A stretch of 64,000 nt of DNA from Okamejei kenojei (Eukaryota): positions 71,486,001-71,550,000 of the forward strand of contig CM069138.1 in the NCBI GenBank assembly GCA_035221665.1, given 5' to 3'. Positions 10,906 to 23,988 of the stretch are shown here, piece by piece (the first letter of the stretch is position 1; each line of letters begins with the position of its first letter). The notes beneath the pieces are model-generated. The model had not been told where the DNA came from and made no database searches. It saw only the letters and a program-made list of their open reading frames with translations. The translations under genes and the position numbers were made by a program.

Positions 10906-13900
10906 TTTACCACACTCCAATAATTGGGGTTCTATTTAACTAAAACAAGTGGGGGTGCCTTTCTGCAACCAAATGAACACCAGGATTTAGCTGTATAATT
11001 AGATCCAATCTGCTCACATCCACACTCTGCCTACCTTGCACATCAGTTACTGCTCACATCAATAAATGTGGTTGGGACTGGGAGCATAAAAGAATGTGCA
11101 TGTTGTGTTTAAATTTGAGCCAAAGCAGCATCTGTGATACCCGGACAACGGACGTTATGGAGCCCAGTATCATGCCCTGCAACTGTTAAGTTATTTAGGA
11201 TGATATGATTTGAACTGAATGCGAGTCCTATGTCAACGCAACTTAAGAGGCTTATTTCCCAAGCTGTTCTTTATTAGCTGAAATTATTGTCCACCAATGT
11301 GCATGTTACAGCTACACAGCATGCCACTGCCAGCGAAGAAATAAACAGCAGAAATTGCAGAAGCAACTCAAATAGCAGGGCATGGAGTTCAAATGCAAAA
11401 ATATTGGCAACTCGTTTTTGCAATACCTCCTACTGCAATAGAGGCATTTATTCAGGTACCCAATTACAGTAATGTGGTATGCAGTACGTACTGTAGATAG
11501 GTGTTTCTGCAGCATGCCAGAAGAAACAATTGTAATCCTTTAAATGCACTTAGGAAATTGATGTTACAGCCTACAATCTGTTGCCGGACTTGCTTCCTGG
11601 CTGATTGCAAGCATTTCTATCTTAATTGGATCACTGGAATGTGATCTGTATTTTGGTTTTAAGATTATGTAAGACTGTGACTTTGTTGTGACAGCCTAAA
11701 ACAGCTGCTGAATTGATGGATATTCTGACCCTTAATGTAGATAAGTGGTATTTGCAAATCTGTCCACATAGATCCTTGGAAAAACTGCTTAAAAAAGACA
11801 GTGTCCATCTTATGTAGGACCTTTAACTTAATTTTCATTTCTTTAATTTAATACCATTGCTACGCAGAACTACCATCGATCAGCCCAACAGATTCTGAGA
11901 TGAATTGTTTATTAATCCATTTTTAAATTGTACTGAAAGTGGATTTATAGCAATGACATTTTTATGGTATCGTATGTGGTATTTGGTTTAGTTTATAAGC
12001 TATATTGATTTTCTTACATCATCAGGCCCAAAAGGACAACATATGTCCAGCTATTATTAATATCACCCCCACAGCATAACTAGTCATGAAGTATACGATC
12101 GGTGTCAGAGTTAGATTTGTTTCTCATGTCTTATGCAGTTTTGTTAGGGCCGGATATTAACCTTGCCTATTATCATGTTTGAACAGAGGTATGTTCCAGT
12201 GTATGAAATAAAACTCACTGCTTGTTAATAGAATTTTGAAGAACTAAGAAGAAAACATCACTGCTGGAATTGTGAATGTGAAAAAGTTCATTTAACAGTG
12301 AGTTTCATTATGAAATACCAAGAATGAACCTGCATGTGTCATGCTTATTTACAGCCATGGGACAGAGAAGATGAATAGAACTGATAGGTTTACTCTTTAA
12401 GAGCTGGCATTGCCCCAATGGGCCAAATTGCCCTTTCTCTGCCTTAACAATCCAATATTTCTGTGAATAAAAATTACTCAAAAATATGATTTTGTGTCGC
12501 ACAAATCTGAAAAACTTTGAAGAGAAGAAGTAGCAATGAGATTGTACTCAAAACTGAAAGGAATGGTTTTTTTTTTGTCTTTTCCATTCAATCTGCCTTT
12601 GGCAACAGGTCCACATAAGAGTACCAGGTACTTTATTATTTTAAGGCCACTTTAAAATTAATAGACGGCACATTGGACACACTGCAACAATCAATTTAAC
12701 TGTAGACTTAATCTAAGATGCATAATTGTTATCAGGTTCCAATCCCTTATAAAATGTATTCCATTAAAAAATATTGATATGATTTGACTCCTTACCCTTG
12801 AAATTAGGCACTGTTATAAAAACGTGATAAAATAATCTGGGGAGCCAGGTGGTGATAGTTGACTGAAGTTTTTCATCGCCAGCCTGTTGTATATACAGTG
12901 CACCAACATCAAGGGCAATGCACATTTAGTCACATGAGGTTGCAAAAGGTGTGCTAAGAATGCCTTTGATAGTGTCCAAATGACTACCTTCCCTTCATCC
13001 TGCCCCAGGTCTAGCAAAGACTTTGCAATATTAAGAGCATAAGTGCAGAATGGTCAAAAGGTAGAAACAGAAGAAAAAGGCAACTTGTTATCAGATATTT
13101 AAATGATGGTATAATTTAATGTTATATGAAATATAGCTGAAGAAAGAGGAGACCAATTCTGCTCAAACATCAGAAAATAAATCCAGCAAATACTGTAGAA
13201 GCTGTGTGAAGCTCAGCTGCTGATTTGTAGCAGCAAATATCTTGGATAGTTGAGTTTTGTTGTGAGGTATTTTAGTCCATCAACATACTCGGTAAAATGG
13301 ATATTCCTGGTGTGATCCATATGTAACTTGGTGTCTGAAGGCCTTATCTTTAAGATTTTAGACCACCCTTCTTAATGGGTTCCCCTTATGGCAAATGTGA
13401 TAACAGGACAGGATGAATTGGTTGCCCTTGGTTTTACGAATCACCTCACTTTTTTTTATTTAGAAGGATGTGCAAGCTCTTGATTGTGTTACAGAGAGTA
13501 ATCACCTGTTTCTTCTTGCAGTAAATATATAGTTTTGTGGTTTTAAGTCTTGTAACTTATCCATTATTTAAACAATAACAGTTATATTTTTCTTTTGTGG
13601 TTCATATGAGGATTTTACTAATATTCCCAGTCTTTTTCTTGTCATTTCTTACAATGTTTCCATGTTTTCACTCTAAAGCAGTTTTATTGTTTTTTTGCAG
13701 ATGAATTAGAGTTAAATAATATAAATATAGTTATTCTATAAATTAATTAATATAAAATCAATTAATTTGCCTGTCATCAAACTAACAGTTTTTGTACTAG
13801 GTACAGGTGTTCAAATATTTTTTTTAACAGAAAGGGCACTCGCATTTTGATAAAATGCAGATCATATTAAGTCTAAATCAGTTTGCTATCAATTAAATGC

Positions 13901-14029
13901 AACTTTATTCTCTGGTGAGTAAGGTACCATTCATTCACCTGTAATGTTAACAACTAAATGATCAATAATCCATTGGATATGTCAGATTTGCCACACATGG
14001 GACAAATCTCATATATCCCTGTACCATCT

Positions 14030-14300
14030 GAAAATGGGCTTTGTCCCACCCAGTCTCTTTTCCAGTTTTCTCCCTCCCTTCTACAATGAGTCTGAAGAAG
14101 GGCCATGACCCGAAGCATCACCTATCCATGTCCTCCAGCGATCAGTCTGAAGAAGGATCTCAACCCAAAACGTCATCCATTCCTTTTCTCCAGAGATGCT
14201 GCCTGGCCCGCTGAGTTACTCCAGCATTTTGTGTCTATCCTCCAGAGATACTGCCTGACTTGCTGAGTCGCCCCAGCAGTTTGTGCTTTGATCTGAATCC
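14030..14300 (+). mobile_element. nested pair of PLE-derived hammerhead elements
   Basis: Motifs at 14092 and 14147. The inner copy 14143-14237 is flanked by tcctccag(c/a)gat at 14131-14142 and 14238-14249. Confidence 0.75.
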
Positions 14301-15174
14301 AGTAGCAGGCTTTAACTCCTTTCTAGATTATACATAAACTTTTTTAATGAGGTAAAGTGTTAAAGGTGTGGAAATAAAAGTGAGTTGTTTTTCTTTACCA
14401 TAAGGCCTGCAGAGTAGAAGCTTCAGAACGTGAATGAAGCTATTGCTAACACAAGGCTCGGTCGCCATTTTCCTGCGGGAGGAGAATCCCTGATTTCTTT
14501 GAAACATTATAAATCGCACTAAATAATTACATAATTATTTTATGGTCATTCTAGATGGAAAATATGCAAATTTCCTTGTCATGGTCTGCTACAGAAATAA
14601 ATCTTTGAACTTATTAACTTATACTATGATATGAGGAACATGACTGATCGCACCAACTAAATTTATGTAGAAAAATGATTCTACTAAAATGATTGTGCTA
14701 AGTAGTTTAAATTGCACTAATAAACTATTAACCAGATAATTCAGAGAGGATTTTTTTTTCCTTAAATGTGTAATAGCATGTAATAAATTTTCATTTTTTA
14801 AATTTGGTTTTCTGTTTTTAGTTTCACATTAATTTGGGATGAATAAAGCAATGGTATTGCCATTATTGGTTTATTTAATTATTTCAGCACAGTAATTTGT
14901 TTGAGTTAAGAACGTAAATAAATTTATATAACATTTAAAGATGTAATGATTGCAGCTTTTTTTTTAGATGGATGAAACTATAATATATTATGCCCAATGT
15001 TTTCTTTGGAAATTGCAAATATAAAGTATTCTGTTGCAGACATCAATCTATTAAAACAAAATACTGACTGGCATTTTATAATCTTAGAAAATTTAAAGTA
15101 AAGAAGAAGGCCATTTGATCTACTCTAAATATAATTACACTGACTAATCCCACCATCCAGCAATAACAAAGCAG

Positions 15175-15565
15175 ATCTCGGCTCACACCTCCGCTCAGTC
15201 CGTCTTAACATATCCGGTGGCCCAGTACTTTGACTACCCCTCCCATTCCCAATCTGACCTTTCTGTCCTAGGCCTCCTCCACTGTCAGAGTGAGGCCCAG
15301 CGCAAATTTGAGGAACAGCACCTCGTATTTCGCTTGGGTAGTTTACACCCCAGCGGTATGAACATTGACTTCTCTAACTTCAGATAGCCCTTGCTTTCTC
15401 TCTCCTTCCCCTTCCCAGTTCTCCCACTAGCCTTACTGTCTCCACCTACAGTCTATCTTTGTCCTGCCCCCTCCCCCGACAGTGTGAAGAAGGGTCTCGA
15501 CCTGAAACGCCACCCATTCTTTCTCTCCATAGATGCTGTCTCTCCCACTGAGTTACTCCAGCATG
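15175..15565 (+). mobile_element. Penelope-like retroelement 3' fragment (GIY-YIG C-terminus + 3' region with hammerhead motif)
   Basis: Coding remnant followed by a pyrimidine-rich tract, then gtgtgaagaagggtctcgacctgaaacgccaccc and the same tail as the short elements. Confidence 0.85.
15217..15387 (+). pseudogene. PLE GIY-YIG endonuclease C-terminal remnant
   Basis: Hand translation VAQYFDYPSHSQSDLSVLGLLHCQSEAQRKFEEQHLVFRLGSLHPSGMNIDFSNFR*. This matches the PLE pattern VA.HF...H...R...E...L..L.P.G.N. Upstream HLRSVRL is in a shifted frame. Confidence 0.85.
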
Positions 15566-15589
15566 TAGTTGAAGGTTTCTGTCTCTCTT

Positions 15590-16320
15590 TCAGGTAGTGA
15601 GTTCCAGATTCCAATCGCCATTGCTACCTGAGTGGAAATATTTTCCCTCATCTCCTTTCTCATTCTTTCATCACTTATTTGAAATCTATGCCCCCTTTTT
15701 GACCACCCTGCTAAGATAAATATTTCCTCCTCATTAATTCTATCCAGTGCTGCTTTAATTGCAGCCTTCTCTGTTCCAAATAAACAATCCTAGCTTATCA
15801 CAATTTTCCTCGGAGCTCATTTTTTTCGGTGCTGGCAACATCCTTATAAATCTATTCAGCATTCTCTCCAATGTAATCATATATTTCCTGTAGTGTAGGG
15901 ATGAGACCCATACACATTACTCAAGTTACGCTCTGACTAGAATTATGTGCCACGCTGGCATGATCACCCTGCTCAAATATTCTATTCCTCAGAATTTCAT
16001 TTGCTTTCTAATCACCTTCTTGACCTTATCTCTTTCATTTTTAAAGATCTTTGGGTGAACACTTTCTCGATCACTCAATATCATCCTTATTTATTCTTTC
16101 ACATCTCCACATGCCTACACTACCTTACACTATGAGTTAAATTATATTTGCCATTTTTCTACCCAAATGACAGTACATTTTTGCCATTTTTCATTATCAT
16201 TGCCAATCTTAGAGACAATGTCTGTATCTTCTGCAATCTTCATTATCATTGCTCCTATATTTAGGTCCAAATCATTAACAGATATGGTAACAACTAAGGA
16301 ACTGAGTGCTGAGCATAGTT
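15590..16320 (-). mobile_element. old degenerate CR1/L2 LINE RT C-terminal fragment
   Basis: gagttccagattcc...cctagcttatc...ctggcaacatccttataaatct...acattactcaag parallels the 41315-41983 LINE. Confidence 0.6.
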
Positions 16321-17728
16321 ATCAAAGGAATGCAAGTCCAAATCCTTTGGTTAAACATACTCTGGGAAGAATGTTGCTTCTCTGGAGTTGTTTTAGACCT
16401 CATCGATTAAAGTTGCTGCAAGAATATAACTCAAAAATACTTTTACAACTCTTTTTTCTTAGATTTGCAAAATCACTTTCACCATTGACAATCTCCTTTG
16501 TCTCTCTACCACTCAAAGTATTCCAACCCTATGCCAATTCTCACGTGGCATAATAGTTTCTGTTTTGCTGGTGCCTTGTCAAGTTTGATTCAGCAACACA
16601 AGAGCTTTAAATTAGCTGGGACGTTACCATGCAGGCAGGGTTCCTGTGCTGCCACAGATAGCTGTAGATCTGTTGAACCACTCAACGTTCAAATTGATGA
16701 TTACACTGAAAGAATAAGAAATTGCTAACGGCTGACACCTTTATGCATTCAGGTTCGCCCAGCTAAAAACGAGGAAAATTCCTTTCCTTTTTTGCTGCCT
16801 TACTGCTTGTCTTATTGTGTTGCTGCCAGCTTCCTGCCATGTGATTACAGCTTGGCTGTGGTGGGTAGTTCCTTTCAATTTTGATTCCAATGGCTTTTAC
16901 AAACGTGCCACCAATTTCAATACTTGCACCACTCTTTTCAGGAGACAGACCATTTATCACGGCTATTAATGTGATTTTTAAACTGGTGGGGAAAATGCAC
17001 ATTTCATTGGAAAAGATGGAAAATTGTTCTTATGTTAAGTATAGGAAAATTCATTGCAATCAAAGGTGGTCATTTAAAAAAAAAAATTGCTGACAATAAA
17101 TGCAAAAGTCTACAATGCACTGATCAATATAATTCATAAATATGCACTATATCGGTCACTTATACAATTGGGCAAACTTCAGTAGCCAAAGCCAAAGAAA
17201 GATAATATTCAGCAGAATGTTGATTTTATTTGGCAGATTTATTTGAAATTTGGTTTTTCAGAAAGGCACTAGCCAATAATTTATCTGCAGTTCATCTCAG
17301 CAACATTTGTTTTGTATTAAGAGTATATAGTAAGTTAATTAAAATGACCCCCTTTCCTCATTGGCACACTATACTTCAAGCAACCAGCAATACAAGGATA
17401 CAAGAATATGTGTTCGTAGACAAATTAGCCGCCTGGCTTGCGAGTCAGTTTTATTAGACTCGTCTTCCTAGCAGTTAGGAAGTTTCAATATTGTTTCTTG
17501 AATCAGTTCCAGTTTATTTACAGCTAATTTATTTACACTTGGCTGTTGTTGTGGATCGCCAGGAAAGCAAACCAAAACACAACACAATCTCAATCTCAAG
17601 GCTAGTTATTAATTTGACTAGTATGCTTTGAAGGAAGATACAGGTTCAATTGAAGTCAAACCTACAGTGGAGTTAACAATAGTCATCTGACTATATACAC
17701 TGATTCGCCTCAACTCTTTGAACACTGC

Positions 17729-18028
17729 CGGGCGGTGCAGCGGTAGAGTTGCTGCCTTACAACGCTTGTAGCGCCAGAGATACAGGTTCAATCCCCACTA
17801 TGGGTGCTGTTTTTGTATGGAGTTTGTACATTCTCCCCGTGACTGAGTGCGTTTTCTCCGAGATCGATTTCCTCCCACACTCCAAAGACATGCAGGTTTG
17901 CAGATTAATTGGCTTGGGTTTGCATACTTGGATAAAGTGTAAATTGTCCCTAGCTGTACGATGGTCAGCACAGACTCGGTGGGCCAAAAGGCCTGTTTCC
18001 GTGCCTAAACTAAATAAACTAAACTAAA
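17729..18028 (+). mobile_element. V-SINE (HE1-like)
   Basis: gcagcggtagagttgctgcc head, ggttcaatccc B box, V-domain-like core, (ctaaa)n tail. Confidence 0.85.
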
Positions 18029-19124
18029 CGTGTCACCTTTGAGCTGCAATGGCCAAACTATTTAGTCAATAAATATATTTGATAGAGTTTATAAAACTGG
18101 CAGGCAGATTTTCTTCATTTGATATTCAATTTTGAACTGAACAGTTATTTTAATGTACATTTTTATCCCAGATTTTAGGTAATTGGATTAATCACTGAGG
18201 AAGTTATTTTCTTGAGGGATAAAATTGGCTCAGAGTCATTTCTGAGCTATTGACAGTACAACACTGTTCAGCCAAAGGGAGTTGTTCTTGGAACATAGTA
18301 AGTAGGATTTTGGGTTTTTTTATGCTTGCTCTAGAATTGTAGGTGCCAAGTGAGGTGTTACAAGCTACAAAGTTCCAGCATGGAAGTAATAAATAAGATT
18401 ACGTCCCAGTGTTAAGAATTGTCTGCGTAACAGCGCATGTAGAATGGTGGATCTGGAACTTCGATTGACCAAGATAAGAAGCACAGATGAACTGGCAATG
18501 TGCTCTTTGCTGTCGTTCAATATATTAGAAACCTGCACCTGCAGGACTTGTAATCTTCCACCGACATCACCAGTTCACCATGACTGCATTTTAGTATGCC
18601 CTTGAATTAGTTGGAATTTCTCCAAAACGTTTAGTGTTAGCACCACTTACTTCCTAAAGGGTGTTTATCAGAAGGAAAATTATCGAGCATCCTGACAAGT
18701 CATTTCATCTCCACTGCTTGTCCTCTGATTTTACTTTCATTCACATATATCCCGTGATTCCGACATTAATTTATGCTGTCGCCAGTTGGTTTGTGTTTTT
18801 CTCTCTTGCTCAATCTAAGTTCTAGATCTGCCATCCTACATAATCTGTAATATAGATTCTCATTTCATTGAAATTAATTCTTAATAAACAACAAAATGAC
18901 CTATTCTTAGTTTTTATTTTGTATGCTAGAAAGTAGTAGCTCCTAATTCTTGCTTGGCATCTGCAATGCTCAGTTTTTTTACAATCATGGTTGGTGTGAC
19001 CTAATTATTTTTTCTACATGCATTTTATCATCATTTACAGCATAGTCATTGTCTAGCAAAATTAATCTTGATACATCATTATTATTTCCCAATTTAAGCT
19101 TGTCTTTCTTAACACCAAAACTGG

Positions 19125-19345
19125 TTATAGAGTGATACAGTGTGGAAACAGGCCCCTTGCCCAAACCTGCTCACACTGGCTGACAGGTCCCAGCTACACT
19201 GATCCCACCTGCCTGCATTTGGTCCATATCCCTCCAAACCTGTTCTATCCATGTACCTGTCTAACTGTTTCTTAAATGTGAGGATAGTCCCTGCCTCAAC
19301 TACCTCCTCTTGCAGTTTGTTCTATACATCCACCACCCTTTGTGT
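19125..19345 (-). mobile_element. CR1-clade LINE 3' end
   Basis: atagagtgatacagtgtggaaacaggccc...ggtccatatccctccaaacc...caccaccctttgtgtg. Confidence 0.75.
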
Positions 19346-20153
19346 GACACTAAATAACAATTGAAGCATTTTTCTATAACACCAGTTTACTATAATTGAC
19401 ATCAGCCAATTGAAGATTGTAATTCAGTATTTGGAACACTGAATAAAGTGTGCTGGGGTTATTTCCCTATTAGAGGCACAGATGGTGTCTATCTTCTCTA
19501 GCCTCCCACAATGTGCTCAGATATATCTGATCAGGTCCAGGAGATGTATCCATCTTTATTTGCCTGCAGATGTGCAGCACCTTCTACGCCATAATATGGA
19601 CTGTCCTTAAGACATCTCCATTAACTGTCCCGTTCTCCATGTCCTTCCCTACGGTAGGAGGAGAAATATAATTGAGGACCTTGTCCATACAACGGTGACC
19701 ACTTTAGTTTCTTTCTCTAGTCACCCTCTTTCCTTTATTGTATGTAAAATCTCATAATCTTCCTTAATATTATCTGTTAATTAATTAATCATTCATTCTT
19801 TTCACAAAAGTCGGGGCATTGAGTATAAAAGTCAGGAAGTCACAATGCAGCTTTATAAGATTTTGTTAAGGACACATTTGGACTATTGTGTAGTTCTGGT
19901 CACCCTGTTACAGGAAGGGTGTGGAGGCTATGGAGGTTTACTAGAATATTGCCTGGATGCGAGGGTATAAGGACAGGTTGGACAAACTTGGATTGTTTTC
20001 TCTGGAGCATCGGACAATGACGGGAGACCTGATTGAAGTATATAAAATTTTGAGAGGCATAGATGGGATAGACAGTCAGAACCTTTTACCTAGGGTGGAA
20101 ATGACAAAGACTTGGGCGCATAACTTTAAGGTGAGAGGGACAAAGTTTAAAGG

Positions 20154-20337
20154 CAAAAATACACAAACTATTTGAGTAACTCAGCATCTCTGGATAACAT
20201 GGACAGATGACATTTTGGCTTGGAACCCTCCTTCAGACCGAACGTCATCTCTGTTCTCCAGAGATGCTGCCTGACTCGTTGAGACACTCCAGCACTGAGT
20301 CTTTTTTGTAAACCAGCATCTGCAGTTCCGTGTATCT
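20154..20337. mobile_element. PLE-derived fold-back element, 12-bp TSD
   Basis: TSD aaagtttaaagg at 20142-20153 and 20338-20349. Inverted arms with remnant motif (accctccttcagaccgaacgtca). Confidence 0.8.
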
Positions 20338-20427
20338 AAAGTTTAAAGGATATGTGCAGGGCAAGTTTTTCTACACAGAGTGGTGAATGACTGGAACGTA
20401 CTGCCAGAGATGGTGAGGACTTGGATA

Positions 20428-22012
20428 CAGTGCCCTCCATAATGTTTGGGACAATGACCCGTCATTTATTTATTTGCCTCTGTATTCCACATTGTCAGAT
20501 TTTAATAAAGGCCATTTTTATGCATTTTGGTTTCACCATGTAGAAATGACAGCAGTGTTGATACATAGTATCTCTCCCCCCCCCCCCCCCCCAATATCAG
20601 GGCACCATAATGTTTGGAACACAGCAATGTCATGTAAATGGAAGTAGTCATGTTTAGTAAATGCTTAGTATTTTGTTGCATATCCTTTGCATGCAATGAC
20701 TGCTTGAAGTCTGCCAGGTGTCTTCTCTGGTGATGCTCTGTCAGGCCGGTATTGCAGCCATCTTTAGCTTGTGTTTGTTTTGGGGCCTAGTCCCCTTCAG
20801 TTTTCTCTTCAGCGTATAGAAGACATGCTCAATTGGGTTCAGATCGGGTGATTGACTTGGCCACTCAAGAATTTTCCAATTTTTACCTCTGAAAAACTCC
20901 TTTGTTGCTTTAGTAGTATGTTTGGGATCATTGTCTTGCCGCAGAAAGAACCGCTAGCCAATGCGTTTTGAGGCATTTGTTTGAACTTGAGCAGGTAGGA
21001 TGTGTCTATACACTTCAGAATTAATTATGCTACTATCCATCAGCAGTTGTATCATCAATGAAGAAAAGTGAGCCATAACTTCCCCCACCACCGTGTTTCA
21101 CAGATGAAGTGGCATGCTTTGGATCTTGGGCAGTTCCTTCTCTCCTCCATACTTTGCTCTTGCCATCACTCTGATATGTTAATTTTCGTCTCGTCTGTCC
21201 ACAAGACCTATTTTCAGAACTGTGGTTGCTTTTTTAAGTACTTCTTGGCAAACTGTAACCTGGCCATCCTATTTTTGCCGTTAACCAGTGGTTTGCATCT
21301 TGCAGTGTAGCCTCTGTATTTCTGTTTATGAAGTCTTCAACGGACAGTGGTCATTAACAAATCCACATGACTCCTGAAGGGTGTTTCTGATCTGTCGAAC
21401 AGGTGTTTGAGGAGCTATCTTTAATCTAGAGAGAATTATTCTGTCATCAGCTGTGGAGGTCTTCCTTGGCCTGCCAGTCCCTTTGCGACTAGAAAGCTCA
21501 CCAGTGCTCTCTTTCTTCTTAATGATGTTCCAAACAGTTGATTATGGTAAGCCTAAGGTTTGGCTGACGTCGCTAACAATTTCATTATTGTTTCTCAGTC
21601 TCATAATGGTTTCTTTGACTTTTATTGGCACAACTTTGGTCCTCATGTTGATAAACAACAAGAAAGGTTTCCAAAGGTGATGGAAAGACAGGAGGAAAGA
21701 CTGGGTGCTGAGAGCTCTCTTATACCTGCATTAAGGAGGCAATTAAACACACCTGAACAATTACAAACACCTGTGAAGCCATGTGTCCCAAACATTATGG
21801 TGCCTTGAAATGTGGGGGTGGGGACTATGTATCAACACTGCTGTATTTTCTACATGGTGAAACCAAAATATATAAAAATGGCCTTTATTTAAAATCTAAC
21901 AATGTGCAATTTAACCACATGTGATTATTTATATTACAAATCTCAAATTGTGGAGTACAGAGGCAAATAAATAAATGATGGGTCTGCGTCCCAAACATTA
22001 TGGAGGGCACTG
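20428..22012 (-). mobile_element. Tc1-like DNA transposon (long IR/DR-type TIRs), decayed
   Basis: TA|CAGTGCCCTCCATAATGTTTGGGAC ... GTCCCAAACATTATGGAGGGCACTG|TA. About 200-bp TIRs with internal direct repeat. TA TSD at 20426-27 and 22013-14. Confidence 0.93.
20665..21646 (-). pseudogene. Tc1 transposase pseudogene
   Basis: Reverse homologue of 26273-27283 (MRTKVVPIKVKE... to ...GYATKY*), with frameshifts and deletions. Confidence 0.85.
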
Positions 22013-22409
22013 TATGATTGTGGCATTCAAGAGGCTTTTAAATAGGCACATGTATGTGTAGGAAATGGAGGGATATGGATCATGCGCAGGCATACGAGAT
22101 TAGCTTTACTGACATCATGTTTGGCACAAACTATGTTGGCTGAAGGGCCTGATCCTGTGCTGTCCCTTGTTCTTTAAGGCATAACTTGGGAAAGTATGAA
22201 CTTGTTGGTGTCCAATTACATTTTTTAATAGAAGTGTTTACATAAAAGCCATAACAATCCTTTGAGATCATCAATGTTTTCTTTCTTCAATTTGCCTTGC
22301 AAAAGGTATTTTGAAAAATATTTTGTTCTGTTCTTGTGGGAAGTTTGAGGTCTTATCAAATTAGAAGCATGCTGTAAATGTCTCAACAATGATGATAGGT
22401 TTTGGTGTT

Positions 22410-23040
22410 AGAGAGGGTACAGAAAAAGATTCACAAAGATGTTGCCAAAATGTGAGTGCTTGAGTTACAAGGAGATACTTGATAGGCCGGGACTGTTTTT
22501 TCTGGAGACCATGGGGCTGAGGGGAGACCTTATAGAGCTGTATAAAATAAAATCATAAGATGGATTGTCACAGTCCTCTTTCTCGGGCAAGGAGGTCTAC
22601 AACTAGAGAACATATGTTTAATGTGAGAGGAAAAATATTTATAGGAAATCTTACAGGCTCGTTTTTCATGCAGAGAGTAGTTCGTATATGGAACAAGCTC
22701 CTCGGAAGAAGTGCTAGAAGTAGTTGCGATTACAACGTTTAAAAAACATTTTAAGGCATATGGATAGAAGGCATAAAGAGCTGGAGTAATTCAATAGGTC
22801 AGGCAGCATCTGTGGGGAGAGTTAGAGAGAGGGAGTTAGAGTTAGATAGAGAGAGAGAGCGTTAGAGAGAGAGTTAGAGGAACCCCTGTAGGGTGACATT
22901 TTGGATCGGGACGTTTCTTCAGATTTTGAGCGATATGGGCCAAATGCAAGTAGATGGGACTCAGGGAGTTACGTTGGTCGACATGGATGAGCTAAGCTGT
23001 GGGGGCTATTTCCATTCTGTGTACCTCTATGACTCTCTGA
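22410..23040 (+). mobile_element. CR1-clade LINE 3' fragment interrupted by a PLE-derived element (about 22770-22925) containing a (GA)n tract
   Basis: ggctgaggggagaccttatagag...; ORF STTREHMFNVRG..FFMQRVVRIWNKL. The tail resumes gatatgggccaaatgca after ggtgacattttggatcgggacgtttcttcag. Confidence 0.75.
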
Positions 23041-23679
23041 TGCTTAGTTCTTGAACACTGAAAATATTCAACTCAATACCTCTATGTGCAAATTTCTAAA
23101 TTTCCTTTTGAAACAAAACATTTGACAGCAAAGACTGGTGTAAATGCAACTCTTGTTTTATATTAGTGATAAAGGCTACAGCTGGTAAATATGGTTTAAA
23201 ATAAATCAAGATTGAGATTTAAGTAAATATGGTTTCAAAATTACTTATTAGAGGGGAGTGAAAGGAAATGTCTCATTTCAGATTGATTTATGGAAGTTTT
23301 CAGAAAGGTACTGGATAGATTTTAGTTGCAGATAAATTGCCAATTTCTAGACAAGATAGTGGTGTAACAGAGTATAGTCTTCCACATGAACTAATTGGAG
23401 GACAAGAATGAATTGCTACATGAGCTGAATCAATAAACTGACTATGAACTGAATGATTATTTCTGGTTATGAAGATTTATGTACCATAAAGCTCCCCAAT
23501 GCTAACAGCTGCGTAGTTATCACAGAATACATTGCATCTCAACTTCTCACCTGAAAACAAATTAGACTTGTTTCTGTGATATTGCTTGCATTGTTTGCTT
23601 ATCACACCTTTGCACAGAATTCTGTGTTTTACATTCTTCCTTGAACACAGTCCCCTCGTTATTGGTCATCTCAAATATT

Positions 23680-23988
23680 AGGCCAGAAATACAGCGCGGA
23701 AACAGGTCCTTCAGCCTACCGAGTCCGCGCCGACCAGTGATCCTCACAGCGCTGACCCTGCACACTAGCACCAACCTACGCACTAGGGACAATTTACAAA
23801 TTTTATATAAAGCCAATTAGCCTACAAGCAATTACTTCTTTGGAGTGTGGGAGGAAACCGGGGCATCCGGGGAAATCCCAGCCAGTCACACGGAGAACGT
23901 ACAGACTCCGTGCAGACAGCACCCATAGTGAGGATCAGGACTACGGCACTGTAAAGCAGAAACTCTACCGCTGCGGCACTGTGCCACG
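23680..23988 (-). mobile_element. V-SINE (HE1-like)
   Basis: Reverse complement of the SINE consensus (ttggagtgtgggaggaaaccgg...ctctaccgctgcggcactgtgcc). Confidence 0.85.

Larger units (their letters stand above)
19810..22175 (+). mobile_element. CR1-clade LINE 3' fragment interrupted by a PLE-derived element and a Tc1 transposon
   Basis: ORF 19957-20175 (YKDRLDKLGLFSLEHR..GDLIEVYKILRGID) is the CR1 RT C-terminus. The LINE sequence resumes at about 20350-20427 and 22013-22175. Confidence 0.85.

Noticed and set aside
16167-16553. 128-aa ORF
   Set aside because: The 5' part is antisense to a decayed LINE, and there is no recognisable domain or splice context.
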